The translations under genes and the position numbers were made by a program. 64,000 bases of DNA, taken from assembly GCF_964355755.1 (NCBI RefSeq), contig NC_092670.1:31236388-31300387 (forward strand), written 5' to 3'. The stretch is from Antedon mediterranea (lineage: Eukaryota; Animalia; Echinodermata). Positions 1 to 13,733 of the stretch are shown here, one piece after another (within the stretch, counting starts at the first letter, position 1; every line of letters begins with the position of its first letter). Below the pieces are notes generated by a model. That model ran no database searches. It worked only from the letters and a program-made list of their open reading frames with translations, and had not been told where the DNA came from.

Positions 1-391
1 TTTGCGTATGATAAGCTATGTTTTAAACATGAAAAATTGAAGTTTAAATATGTAATTATTTTATTAAATGTCATGTACAGTTCATGACTTGCTTTTGTAA
101 ATATGTTATGATAAATAAAAAACAATATTCTGTCATCAAAAATTGTTTCTTTATGTATTTTGTATATTGGTCCAGTTACCCCACTGACGGGGCAAGTGGT
201 CCAGCAGAGCAGTCGTCACAAATTAATTCAAATTAATTAATTCAAAATAATTAATCCAAAATAACTTTTGGATATAAGTAACCAAGTATATAGACCATCT
301 AATCATGGTATTTATATTAAGTTTTACTACCACTGGCTGTATTTATTTTATGATAACTCACTAATTGGACCACTTACCCCATCCTCCCCTA
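1..391. mobile_element. Probable right end of a DNA transposon/MITE
   Basis: Terminal-like motif ggaccacttaccccatcctccccta (367-391) has related subterminal copies at 169-202. The partner end is outside the window. Confidence 0.35.
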
Positions 392-754
392 CATATTTTT
401 GGAAAGCTTAGAGAGTATAAACGTGTACTGCCCTTGGTGAAGAAAGTCTTGAAGATGAGTTTTTCATAAATGTTTAATGTCCCAATGCATTATGTACATC
501 GAACGAATACCCATTGAAAAGTTAAACAATCAAATGCATTGACTTCTTACCGAAGTAAAAAAAGATTTTAATTGAGTTACTCATCATACAACATGCGACG
601 AATGCACGACATGTTATGCCTCTTCATTTGATTGCGCGCCCGGGATCAGCTCGTTCGGCAATTCAAACAGACGGTGTATGTATCTACATGAACATTCTAG
701 AATAAATGTGTGTTTAGATTTAAGAAACATACGGTTTTTAGAAATATAATGTAT

Positions 755-1280
755 TTCTAAACGGGTATGATAATTTTCTTTTATTATCCCTAACACGATG
801 TTCTCGAAAAAAAAAAAAAAAAATTGACCATAACGTGTCACCTCACCCTAAACGGTATACATTCTTTTAGTTATAGTTTTTCTCTAACACGATGTATTCG
901 ATAATGAACCCTGATTAAAAAAACAAACAAAAGTGTATTCGAAGTTATACTAAACGGTATATTAATAGAAGACAAAGTGTTTGTTATCGATGAAGGGATA
1001 ATGAATTGATATTATTATAATTTAAACGGCGTGTATAGTATTTTGTAGTCCTGATAACGAATACAATAAGTAGTGCGCCCTCTATTGGCAGATAATATAC
1101 CTTCGTTATACGCCGCGTGACAGACAATAATTATACTGTGTTTCTAAATGGGTATATTTTAGTTTTATTATAGAAATTCTGTAACGCGATGTTGTCGATA
1201 AAGGGATAATGAATTGATAAAGGGATAATGAATTGATAAAGAGATAATGAATTGATAAAAGGATAATGGATTGATAATTA
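755..1280. repeat. Degenerate ~70-120 bp repeat (TAAACGG...TAACACGATG..TCGA) followed by a 19-bp tandem repeat
   Basis: TAAA(C/T)GG cores occur at 758, 849, 951, 1023 and 1145. gataaagggataatgaatt occurs ~4 times at 1197-1277. Confidence 0.55.
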
Positions 1281-1347
1281 AGTGAGAAGTATAAGGAATG
1301 ATCTAGAAGGTTATGAACATAATTTTGTATAAGGGGATGTATGTTCT

Positions 1348-2434
1348 GGGTGTCACGAAAGCTCAGACCACGAAAGCTCAGACCCCCTAAGACCTAAGAT
1401 CACGAAAGCTAAGACCCAACACCTAAGATTACAAATATTTATCTTTCGCACCTGCCTTGTATTTTAACTCCCAACATTTATTCTGAATACCACACCTTAG
1501 AATTGGCACTTTCATGAAAAAGAATCACATAAAAAGTAACAAATACATTTTTAAATTGATGATTTTACAGACGTTTTTCTCGCACACAAAATGACTAGCC
1601 TACAGTACAGTAGGCCTACCCCATGGGCCATGTTCAATGTTTTTGTTTCTATGGAACGTCAAAAGAGCAAAAATTATATAGAGGGCTGAAAACTCTGTGG
1701 AGTCCATCTACAGTGTGGATGGAACAATGTAAAATTAAAATTGTAATGATAATAGTATAATCATGCAAGTACGAAGAAATAAATACTGGCAAATAAATTT
1801 TAATTTAAAAATCATGATAAGTTTTTTTGTTTCGTTTTCTTTCTGTTTTTATACTTGTACTATTATTGTTGCTCTTTTGGCGCTCCATAGAAACAAAAAC
1901 ATTGAGCAGCTCGAGGAGTTACATTGTCATTACAGTATACAGTATACAAAGAAACACATCTGTAAAATCATCAATTTAAAGGATTTATTTATTTGTTATT
2001 ATGTGTTTCTCCTTCTGAAAGTACTTATAAGTCCTAATTTTAAAGTGTGGTGTTCAGGATAAAGTTAGTCAACAAATTTGGAGTCAAAATACAAGAAAGG
2101 CAGGTGCGTAAGAAAAACATCCTCTGAACCAACACAATGGAGTAAATATATACCAACAAACAACCCGTCAAGTTTGTTTGTTGTAAAGAAAAAATATACA
2201 TTTACTCAACGGGCGAAAATAATGTGAGTTTATCTATGTTTTGCGGTAGTATTAAATTATATTTATGGTAATAAATGAAACCTACTGTGTTTAAAATTAT
2301 GTATGGATAAACAAGTATTGTTTTTAAGCTGTAGTATATCTTAGTATTTGTAATCTTAGGTGTTGGGTCTTAGCTTTCGTGATCTTAGGTCTTAGGGGGT
2401 CTGAGCTTTCGTGGTCTGAGGTTTCGTGACACCC
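1348..2434. mobile_element. Non-autonomous TIR transposon, Mutator/MULE-like
   Basis: ~90-bp near-perfect TIRs (gggtgtcacgaaagctcagacc... / ...ggtctgaggtttcgtgacaccc). 10-bp target duplication tgtatgttct at 1338-1347 and 2435-2444. Confidence 0.9.
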
Positions 2435-2714
2435 TGTATGTTCTCTCTTGTGTGTGTAAACTGAATGCTTAAACATTGACGCACACTGTCATTGAGGTCG
2501 AAGTAATCATTGGATACGGATGAGTGTTACTGCTCTATCAGGATCAGGACTGCATTATTCAAACACATAAAACACTGAGAGTAATAAAGAGAATCTATGA
2601 TTGATTGTTTTACACTCGAAAAATGTATTAGTATTTTGTAATAAAATAAAGGAAATTCAAATTGTTAGGCCTACATGATGCATTAATAAATTAAGTAATG
2701 TTCATAAACGTCCA

Positions 2715-2882
2715 AATACTAGTTTCCTAGCATTTGTATTAAAATAATGTCTGCTATCTGTCTATATAGCAGATATATTTTCATGTTTCGTTCTGCTCTG
2801 CATACGGGATGTGTGTGTGTGTCTTCTACTGACTGGCTGACGTTCACGAGTTAACGTTACCGCTCCAAGAATTCACTACAAT
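2715..2882 (-). pseudogene. Degenerate duplicate of the 5' part of the AlkB-like gene
   Basis: Aligns with ~3400-3582 (tgtctgctatc.gtctat.tagcagat, tctgcatacgg, ctgactggctgacgttca, caagaattcactacaa) but contains a stop and indels. Confidence 0.7.
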
Positions 2883-3550
2883 ACATTGTTTGTTGTAATA
2901 TTGATGTTGCTATACCTTTCAATGTTCATAAATGTCAATATGCTGGTGCTTCCTATTCCATCTATCTTTAGTACAGTTCTTGACCATTCATTGATTGTTT
3001 CAGAATTTATTACCAGCATCGAACCGTGCTCCATTTTTATGTTCACCGGTTTAATGTTGGTGTTGGTGCGGTGTTCGAATCTACAGATTCTAGTAGGTCC
3101 CAGAGACATAATGCATACAGGACTTGTTTCGCTCCTTTGTACATCATTAAGATAGCATTCCGCTGAATCCTCCGCTCTTGCCAAAGTTACCATATTGTAA
3201 AAATGACCAGTCGCAATGTGTATCCATTCACGCATTTCAAGTAGAAACTTTGGCCAGAAACACAGAGGACTTCTCGCTGTGTCGTCGATGTTTGTCTGAA
3301 CTCCTATTTGGAATGACAACTCCAAATCATCGTACGCTTCACATCTAATGTGATCTACTTCAGTGATCACATCGCGTAACTTATATAGAGAATCGAATAA
3401 ATGTGTTTTCCTACATTGTTTTAAAATAGTGTCTGCTATCAGTCTATGTAGCAGATGTACACGAACGCATTTCATGTTATCTTCCGGTCTGCATACGGTG
3501 TGTGAATGAAAGTTGAAATAAAACTCATCTTCTGACTGGCTGACGTTCAT
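2876..3550 (-). CDS. Intronless, divergent ALKBH2-like 2OG-Fe(II) dioxygenase-fold protein, metal ligands lost
   Basis: Aligns with the host ALKBH2 in this window: ADTILKQC/ADTLYKQC, WPKFLLEMREWIHIATGHFYNMV/WPPFLKDLRDYLKEVTGFYFNFV, MSLGPTRICRFEH/ISLGQTRMFRFRH, IKPVNIKMEHGSML/IEPVNVDLKHGSLL. First ATG is at 3550, with TATAAAAA at 3617-3610. Confidence 0.8.
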   Translation of the reverse strand: MNVSQSEDEFYFNFHSHTVCRPEDNMKCVRVHLLHRLIADTILKQCRKTHLFDSLYKLRDVITEVDHIRCEAYDDLELSFQIGVQTNIDDTARSPLCFWPKFLLEMREWIHIATGHFYNMVTLARAEDSAECYLNDVQRSETSPVCIMSLGPTRICRFEHRTNTNIKPVNIKMEHGSMLVINSETINEWSRTVLKIDGIGSTSILTFMNIERYSNINITTNNVL

Positions 3551-3627
3551 GATTACTTTATTGCTACAAGAATTCACTACAACTTGAAACTAAAACTCCA
3601 TACTGTCGATTTTTATACTTTGCGATG

Positions 3628-6600
3628 AAGGTTAACTACACGCGTTGTCAACAAACAACAAAACCGATGAATGATTGTCGATTACTGATGTGTATGTGTG
3701 GTGCGCGCTTTTAAATTCCTATTGAATATATCGTGCCTCCTCTTCCTCCTACCCTGGTTAATTTGCGTATGGTTTCGAATGATGATCATGAAACACACAA
3801 ACGGGTGTAATTCCATCGTTAGTTACGTTAGTGTTACAATAAAACCGTCTCGGCAATATGATGGAAATAAACGTCACTGTCGGTAAATGTATACACCGGT
3901 CCCAAAGAGTCAGTGGAGTCTGTTAGGGATATTTTGGTTCACTTTTTTCCAAAAGCATCAAATTTGGTATACAGGTTGCCCACCCTATACAAATTAAATT
4001 CTTGATGGGCGCCAAGCAAAATGACCCCTTGGGTCACCTAATTTGCATAATTTTAAACTTGGCGGACACTTTCGCTTAAACAGTCTATATCTCTGAAACT
4101 ACTGGTCATAGAGAGTTGATTTTTAGCTCACAATGTTCAGAACATAAGCATTCCTATTTACTCTAATGAAGTATTTTTGAAAAAAAATACCGGAAGTACC
4201 AGTTTTAACCTTTGACCCATATTTTAAGGAATTGCCATATCTCAGTAAATAGTTGTCACAGACAGTTTATTTAAGTGTCAAATTGTTCAGAATATATATG
4301 TTACTATTTAGTTTAATGAAACATTTTATCCAAAAATGACCGGAAGTACTCAGTTTTGCCTTTGACCGTTACGGTGTAATTACCAACCTTGTTACGGTTA
4401 ATATATTTTGATATCCATAAAACTACTTGTCATAGAGAGTTAATGTTGGTGTCAAAATGTTCAGAACATAAACATTTCTATTTACTATAATAAAGTTTTT
4501 TCTAAAATAATGACCAGAAATACCATATTTGACCTTTGACCTGTTTTTTCAGGCAAATTGCTATATCTCATTATTGGGTTGGCGTGGAAAGTTCATTTTG
4601 GTGTCAGATTGTTCAGAATATATATGTTACTATAATGTTTAATAGAAGATTTTTCCAAAAAATGTCAGGAAGTACAGTTGACCTGTTACATACATAAAAT
4701 TATAAATTTGTTCAAGTTAACTGTATATTTATATTATTTTGCAATCCACTTTTGAGCACTTGTCGAAGATGGCTACTTGCATGTGCAATTGAACGAAGTA
4801 TACTGAATGAAGTGGAATATAGTCCTATTTGTAGTGAGTCTAGAGTAACGCAAATGAGAGAAAATTGTATAGACAAAAAATACCCAATCTCATTCTCATC
4901 TAATCGAGTACTTAAATGAAGTCTTCTACACATTTAGCAATAATGTTTACTGATGAAATCTATTCAAGTTTTGTTTTGGAAAGTTAGTGTTTCCATCACT
5001 TGTGTTTGTTTGGTTGTTACATTCAGGGTAATTGTCCTATATTGCATTGCTTCGCTGAGTATCTTTCTTTAAAGGGCCTTGAAACTGGGGTATAACCTAC
5101 TAATAAAAAGGATGGACATTTTCGGGATGCACAATATAAAAACTAGACTACTGTTGCCATATCACGAACCACAACTAAAAAATATATTTTTTTCCACCAG
5201 ACCTAAAGTAATCCTTGGTCCGCCAAACTTGGCAGAATTCTCGAATTTTAATTTTTTTAAATTTGGCCATCATCTGGACACGATTTGGGTATTACAGTTT
5301 TGTTACTTATGACATTACGCCTTAGTATCATCTTTTTCATTATTGCCTATTTACTTGATTTTTGGTTGATTAGTAAATGTTAAATTGTTGTTATATTGGA
5401 ATTGGTAACAACTCTTGGCTTGTGTAACATAATGTATTGATGAGCTGTTTTAACCTCATTAACAGATTTACTTTTATTACTTTCATTTCTTTTATGTACA
5501 TTTTCAAAGTATTGAATGATGTGTCCTTTCTCATATCGAGTATTTGAAAAATAATGGCTTATTCAAACTTCTTTAGCAATACTTGAACAGTCTGGTTGGT
5601 TCAGTCACCATTAGACTTTCCCCAAGTCTGTATTATCTTTTTTTTTTATTTATTTGTTTTTATTTCGACCGCGATTTTTGTCTGAAAATACAGACTTGTG
5701 AAACACGTATAGAAATCGATTTGCAGACCGCAAACATACGATAAGAATGACGTAGGTTATCTTACCGTATTTGGCTATATGGGGCGGGCGGTATGTAAAT
5801 ATGGATTTCGAATCAACCAATGATCATTTTGTTTCAAAATGAAAGAGATCGAGTACGTAGGCCTACCAGTGCTTAATGTACGATCGAGACTGTTGAAATA
5901 TAAAATAGTAATGCCAAGTTGTTTTGTTTATTAATTGTTTAGTCCTTGGCCTAGGCCTCTTTCGTAGGTCCTACTCAACTCGCACGTATGACCTGCCAAA
6001 TAAAACGCCAATGAAGTAGGCCTACATACCACCGGCACACAACAGGGCTACACCACCACACAGAACAGGACAGGGTCTGGGTAGGAATTAAATCTTATAA
6101 AAATTATCTCCGCGTAATAAATGATCCATTCAATGTTTGATTTGCGGAGAAGCTAGCCTATCATATATCAAGACGAGTTTTCATGTTTCAAAGATCCCAT
6201 CAAATGTTTACCAGACTACTAGGCATATAAAATAATTTCTAGCCTTCAGAACTTTCATAAATGTACCCAAGTACACATTGTCTAAACGTAACATAGCGCA
6301 TGCGCATCATCTTAGTTGTTGAGTCTTTGAAATTCTTAAATATGAATATTTAAACGGTGTACGAGAGAGTAGCCAATCGCATGCAGCTGAAACTAGTCAA
6401 CCGGATAATCGTATGCACCAAGAATTCTTGGTGTCAAACCACGTGACTTGTGCGTGTTTCCCCAGACGGAGTATCCAAAATCAAGTAGTATACGTATGAA
6501 ACGCCATATGTGCCAAAATATTTATCTTTTAACTAATATTAAGACAAAACTCCGTCTGGAACCCAGACTAAGTCACCATAAGCACATGTATGGTAATTGT

Positions 6601-9600
6601 AATATTTTCAGTGTTCTCGTAAAGACGAAATGCCCCATCATGTTCTGAGCTTGAGTATGATATTGTTTCTTAGAAATGAGGCTAAACCTTTTTGTTGATT
6701 TTTGCACAACATTTCCATTCATAAAATTTGCATTGTTCACATAGTCAAGGACATGCAATATAGAGTTCATTTTAAGTTTGAAAAAAAGGACAATATATGA
6801 AAAAGAGGATACTAGAGCGTAACATGTCAAATTAATAACAAAACTGTTCCTATTCATCCAATATCTTCTAGATTAGAACTGTATATGGTCGATTTCTTTC
6901 TTTTTTTTAATTTGAAAATCTTTGAGAACCACCAAGCTGGACGGTCCTTGGATGACTTAGGTCTGGAGGACAGAAATCTTCGGTGTCTTTTCCCCATTCA
7001 GTGGTTGTTCGTGTTATGGCAACAAAGAGAAATGTAGCAACATGAAATTGTTATGCAACAGCAAGGACAAGTGACGGAAACACGAACTTTCCAAAACAAA
7101 ACTTTTTCTGGATTTCATCAGTAGGCCTACACATTATTGCTAAATATGTGGAAGACTTCATTTAAGTACTCGATTAGATGAGATTGGGTGTTTTTTGTAT
7201 ATATACAATTTTCTCATTTCTCATTTACATTACTCTAGACTCACTACAAATAGGACAATCTATTCAACTTTGTTCAGTATACTTTGTTCAATTGCACATG
7301 CAAGCAGCCATCTTCGACAAGTGCTCAAAAGTGGGTTGCAAAATAATATCATAAATATACAGTTAACTATACAATTAACTGAACAAATTTATAAATTTTA
7401 TGTATTTAACAAGTCAATAACTATACTTCCTGACATTTTTTTGAAAAATCTTCTATTAAGCAGAATAGAAACATATATATTCTGAACAATCTGACACCAA
7501 AATGAACTTTCCACTCCAACTCAATAATGAGATATGGCAATTTGCCTGAAAAAACAGGTCAAAGGTCAAATATGGTATTTCTGGTCATTATTTGAGAAAA
7601 GACTTTATTATAGTAAATAGAAATGTTTATGTTTTGAACATTTTGACACCAAAATTAACTCTCTATGACAAGTAGTTTTATGGATATCAAAATGTATTAA
7701 CCGTAACAAGGTTGGTAATTTACACCGTAACGGTCAAAAGCAAAACTGAGTACTTCCGGTCATTTTTGGATAAAATGTTTCATTAAATTAAATAGTAACA
7801 TATATATTCTGAACAATTTGACACTTAAATAAACTGTCTGTAACAACTATTTACTGAGATATGGCAATGCCTTAAAATATGGGTCAAAGGTTAAAACTGG
7901 TACTTCCGGTCATTTTAAAAAAAAATACTTCATTAGAGTAAATAGGAATGTTTATGTTCTGAACATTTTGGGCTCCCTACAACTCCCTATGACCAATATT
8001 TTTAGAGATATAGACTGTTTAAGCGAAAATGTCCGCCATTTTAAATTATGCAAATTAGGTGACCCAAGGGGTCATTTTGCTTGGCGCCCATCAAAAATTG
8101 AATTTGTATAGGGTGGGCAACCTGTATACCAAATTTGGTGCTTTTGGAAGAAACTGAACCAAACACCCTCATTTCAGCCCTAACAGACTCGCTCCACTAT
8201 CAGGGTCAATTACTTTTTTAAGAAATATGTTTAATGTGTATTATTATTATTATAGTTTAATAATATAAGCGTATTTTATAAATTTCATCTCCATCGATTC
8301 TATCATCATATTTTAAAATCAAAGTGCTATGTTTTAAATTCTATTTAGTTTTCTCCCCCCCCCCCCCTCCCCTCTCTCCTTCTCTCCTTATTAATTTGGA
8401 TTCGAAACGGAATTTAATTTCCAAATTAAAACACTGCATTGTAACAATATTATAATCGGTCTGCTTTGCTTTTATCGATGATTACAATAGAAATGCGGGT
8501 AGGGCGTGTGTATCACCGCCGGTCAGTGTACACACCAGGTCACAAAGCTTTAAAGAAATATTTTTAATTGTTATCCCGAATATGTGTGTTATAGTAATTC
8601 GTTTCGATATATAATCATTTGGTATACTGTACTAACAATTTGAACCAGCTGCCTCTACGCGCCTAGTCGTGTGTCTGTAGGCCTATCACCGTCGGTCAGT
8701 GTATACACCGGTCACCGGAACCGGTCACAAAGCTTTAAAGAAATATTTTTAATTGTTATCCCGAATATGTGTGATAGAGTAATTCGTTTCCATATATAAT
8801 CATTTTGGTATACTAACAATTTGAACCAGCTGCCTCTACGCGCCTAGTCGTAAATCCAATCCTAGATTCTATATTTACCGATATTGCGCTCCTATATAGT
8901 TTTTGATAAATTACTAATACTGTTATGGTATCGATAGATTGTAAGCCAGCTGAATGGTTAGTTCTTGAGTCTCGTAATGTAACGCTGTAGCCTTAGGCTA
9001 GGGTTCGAGAATTGATTTGATACATATATATATATATATTTAATATTTGTTTTACTCACCATCTTCTTTATTGAACATAGTTAAGGTTAACTACACGCGA
9101 TTTGTCAACAAACAACGAAACCGATGAATGGTTGTCGATTACACTGATGTGTATGTGTGGTGCGCGCTTTTACATTCGTATTGAATATATCGTGCCTCCT
9201 CTTCCTCCTACCCGGCTTAATTTGCGTATGGTTTTCGAATGATGATCATGAAACACACAAACGGGTGTAATTCTATCGTTAGTTACTGTAGTGTTACAAT
9301 AAAACCGTCTCGGCAATATGATGGAAATAAGCGTCACTGTCGGTAAATGTATACACCGGTCCCAAAGAGTCAGGGTCGATTACTTTTTTTAAGAAATATG
9401 TTTATAATGTGTATTATTATTATAGTTTAATATAAGCGTATTTTATAAATTTCATCTCCATCGATTCTATCATCATATTTTAAAATCAAAGTGCTATGTT
9501 TTAAATTCTATTTAGTTTTCTCTCTCCCCCCCCCCCCCCTCTCTCTCTCCTTCTCTCCTTATTAATTTGGATTCGACTATGTAGAAACGGAATTTAATTT

Positions 9601-10248
9601 CCAAATTAAAACACTGCATTGTAACAATATTATAATCGGTCTGCTTTGCTTTAATCGATGATTACAATAGAAATGGGCAGGGCGTGTGTATCACCGCCGG
9701 TCAGTGTACACACCAGGTCACAAAGCTAATAAAGAAATATTTTTAATTGTTATCCCGAATATGTGTGTTATAGTAATTCGCTTCGATATATAATCATTTG
9801 GTATACTAACAATTTGAACCAGCTGCCTCTACGCGCCTAGTCGTGTGTCTGTAGGCCTATCACCGTCGGTCAGTGTATACACCGGTCACCGGAACCGGTC
9901 ACATAGCTTTAAAGAAATATTTTTAATTGTTATCCCGAATATGTGTGATAGAGTAATTCGTTTCCATATATAATCATTTTGGTATACTAACAATTTGAAC
10001 CAGCTGCCTCTACGCGCCTAGTCGTAAATCCAATCCTAGATTCTATATTTACCGATATTGCGCTCCTATATAGTTTTTGATAAATTACTAATACTGTTAT
10101 GGTATCGATAGATTGTAAGCCAGCTGAATGGTTAGTTCTTGAGTCTCGTAATGTAACGCTGTAGCATTAGGCTAGGGTTCGAGAATTGATTTGATACATA
10201 TATATATATATTTTTAATATTTGTTTTACTCACCATCTTCTTTATTGA
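3628..10248. repeat. Two tandem ~1.16-kb direct repeat units; unit 1 = 3628-3911 + 8200-9074, unit 2 = 9083-10248
   Basis: The two units are nearly identical. Unit 1 is split by a TIR element and unit 2 shows the empty site (gagtcagggtc at ~9367). Each unit has an internal ~170-bp duplication. Confidence 0.92.
3912..8199. mobile_element. Non-autonomous foldback element with ~1.1-1.3-kb TIRs, Academ-like
   Basis: 3912-~5005 is the reverse complement of ~7068-8199, with weaker symmetry extending to 5250/6910. The right end reads TAG on the minus strand. The subterminal aaaagcaccaaatttgg motif is shared with the Academ at 49667. No transposase ORF. Confidence 0.85.
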
Positions 10249-13200
10249 CCTTCATCTTTTCTCATCATTTTCTTAGAGGAATGTTTTTTTTTCGTTTGTT
10301 TTTTTAATGAAAATATAACTTCAGGTCAATGATAACAGCGCGCTTCATTGTTAAGCATTCAGGAAGACCATCATGATAACAGCGCGGCGCTTTATCGGAA
10401 AATTTTTACTAGAATCGGTAGTATACATTTTTATTTTATTCGATGAGAAATGTATAATAATTACGCGATGTTATTTCTTACAGTAAACATACTATCTGTA
10501 CATAATCATTATAAAGTGCGCGTTTATCAATGGTATTCTTGCATGTGTAATGATTAAAACAGAGAACGAGACGGCTAAATTTCATTCGTTTTATTGGCAA
10601 CACACACACAAAACATATATAAAAAAACTCACATGTATACAATGTAATTTATATAAGACCTTAAACATAATATGAATGCACGGAGGTATGGTATGAAATC
10701 ATTTTTTTTTAAATATGTATTAAAAGTTCATAACGTTTGTTTTGAGCACGTACACGGTGAAAGTTTCTTTTCACCAGTCTTGTAAACCAGTGGTCTGAAT
10801 GCGTGCAGTTTGTCCTTTTCTATAATTGCATCTTCTACCGGTCTTATATGGCGTAAATAAGTGTCCACGTCGTGTCCAAATCGTTCTCTCAGTTTAATCT
10901 CCGTACCATCGAACAACATTCTAATCCACGCTTTTCGTCGTTGAACGTGCGACGGTTCGGCTTCAAGAAATTGCGGTTCTTCTAACTTGAATCTTAATCT
11001 ATCACGATCTACTACCTCGGTTGTTGGATTTCGAAGCGTTTGTGTCAGATACGGATTTTTACACTTGTGTACCGGTAGACTACCGCCGTTCTTTTCGGCC
11101 AATTGCTGAATGTCTAACGTCTGAAACACATCTCTTGTACTACGATCCACGTTCATGATGGTTTTACGTTCAGTCATATTTTTAAACACGCACTTTTCCA
11201 ATACACTCTAGATCATCGATTCGCCGGCTTTCACTTTGTAATGCTTACACGCGTCTTCCAATGAATTCAACGTCAACAGATTTACGTGAAAGAATACGTT
11301 CGGTGGTGGTGTTTCCGAGACGATCGAAAAAGAATTGATCAAGTGTCTCAAGTCGTTTGTTAGCAAATTCACACCGTTTCTCAGCTCATCCGCTTCGAAC
11401 TCGTCATTTACCAGAACGCGTATTCGATTACCTCGGCACGCGTTTTTATCTTCGAGCACAACCTTTGTGCACAATTCGAGTATTTTTTTCAAGCGTCTAT
11501 GTTGTGGCAAAAAGACGCTAACGTGTACCATAAAGGCTCGAGCGTTCGACGTTTCCAATACCAATCTGCACGTGTGATCGTTGTTCATCACCGGCGATGG
11601 CATCGGTAGTCTATCTCTGCTACCGTCATATGATCTGCATTTCAACACCCTTAAACTGTCGGCAATCTCTTTCACGTCAACACCGACCGCAATTGATCCG
11701 TTTTCGTAGCAGTCTCCAGTCACACACGATTGGATTGCGAGTTTCCTAACGTACGCCAGTCGGGTCTCGTGAAAATCTAAATTTATTTTTATCCAGTATC
11801 TTTCTTCGTTGGTAAACTTTTTCGGCACCGATCCTAGATAATTGTTCCTGGATTTGGGATCTTGAGAGTTTGACTGGCCCCAATACGTATGTCGAGCGAA
11901 GACGGGCAAATGAGACAAGAAGCGTGCGGCTTGTGTAAGTTTTCCATTGAGCATAACGTATATGTAATGTTTTCCCCTGTACTGTTTTGCATTGCACATT
12001 CCTGCCATCAATACGTCCGATATTTCACGGTACTCGTTCGCATGTGACGAAAGATGAGCTTCCGTTGCCTCGCTACATTTAAACAGAAGCTGTTTTTGTC
12101 CGTTATCGTCCATTTTTCGAAACAACTTACTCCGTCCACTGTGCATAGCCAACAATATTTCCTTACATTGTTTGCGAGCAACACCCGTTTTGCGCTCTAA
12201 AATGGAAAGAAGCGCCTCTTCGCTCCTGCACGTCAATTCAAATAAGTTTCACCATCTCGATGTACGGGATCATGAGAAGGATCAATCAACTGATCCGCTA
12301 TCGTTCTCATGATGATCAGTTCGTTCTGTGTCATCGGACACATTAACGAAAATGCAAACAAAATATCAGCAGGATCCGGTTGCGCCTCAGACATTACCAT
12401 GTCGTGTAGTCGCTTCATGTCCTGTTGCATCAGCCACCGTTGATGTTTGGCTATGATTCTTGAATTGAGACAACAAGTGTTCTCGTTCGGTAATCGAGGT
12501 GTATTGGCGTGCAGACTTTGTAACGGACAGCCGTTCACTTGAATCACTGCATTGTGAAAGGCGCACAAACGTGCCAGGTCGATGAGTTTATTGATGGTTC
12601 TAGTTTCTGTGGCGAATCCGAATCGGACTCCTTGCCTTTCCAATTCGACAGATATTCTATCGCAAGTCAACAGTAGCATACGATCATCTTTGTACGAATC
12701 CCCTTCCGATCGACGTGGATACAGACCGCACTCTGCCAACCGTACATGTTCCATTACTTTGTGGCGCAGAGCGCCGAATTGCGTTCGAATTTTTAAACGA
12801 TCCAATTCCTTCTCGTATACCTCCATTTTCTTGGGCACGTTGACAACACCACTGGGTGCCACGTCAAAGGTGACAACTCGTTCGTTTAACGAGTTACACA
12901 AGTTTTTTTTGTTCATGGCCATTATGGTGGTATTATCGCAAACGTTGATTACGGTTCGAACACCGTGTTGAGTGGTTCCCGTGTTCGGATCCGTTACCTT
13001 CTCTGTTCGTTCGGTGCGCGTACAGCCGGAATCGAGTTCCTCTTTCATTATTGCCGCTTCTTGACTGCTTTCAATTGACAACGGATTCTTATCGCTTTTA
13101 GATCCAGACGACGGTGGCACAAATTCGTTCATGAAGCGTATTTTTTTTTAATTTTTGTACTTTCGCTCATTACCGACGAGCACGGCTTTCTGTGTTCGGT

Positions 13201-13733
13201 AAGTAACGTCGTCTGAGTAAGCGTTACCGATTACAGATTTAGCGGCTACCATCACAGACGTTTTACCCGTACCGGGAGGTCCTACCAGAATGGCGTGCAT
13301 GGCCATCGCATCGTGTGGGCATACGATACGTATAGCCGACAGTAAAATGTACAAAAGTTCACCTTTAGCGTTAGACACACCGGCCACATTACCTATCAGA
13401 GCCACCATGTTCAAAAGATATCGATAACCTATCGATATTTTCACGTCAGCTTCCTCTTCGTATACGAATGGAACAAAACTGCCGTCACTGTGTCTAGACG
13501 CGTTCATACACCAACCCTTCATCTCGGTATCCCACATATTGGCATACGATTGCGTTATTACTTTGCTCATCTGCACGTGTCTTCCCATATGCACTTGCGT
13601 GTACATGTCAAAGAAATTTTTGCCGCCAGTCTTGTCACGGTATCTTTCCGGAGTCAATTGCAAGTTGTGAAAAATCTTTCTCATCATCACTATGCCCGGA
13701 TTCTTTGCCGTGTATTTTTCACCGTATAAATGC

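Noticed and set aside
4712-7485. Paired short ORFs in the foldback arms
   Set aside because: They are mirror products of the inverted repeats and have no recognisable domain.
8925-10280. ATG|gtgagt and other splice-like sites suggesting a micro-exon gene in the repeat units
   Set aside because: The splice combinations I tried stop within ~28 codons, so a gene is not supportable.
13148-13150. Programmed readthrough or an alternative genetic code in the helicase
   Set aside because: The stops differ (TAA, TAG) and co-occur with a frameshift and a LINE insertion, so decay is the simpler explanation.
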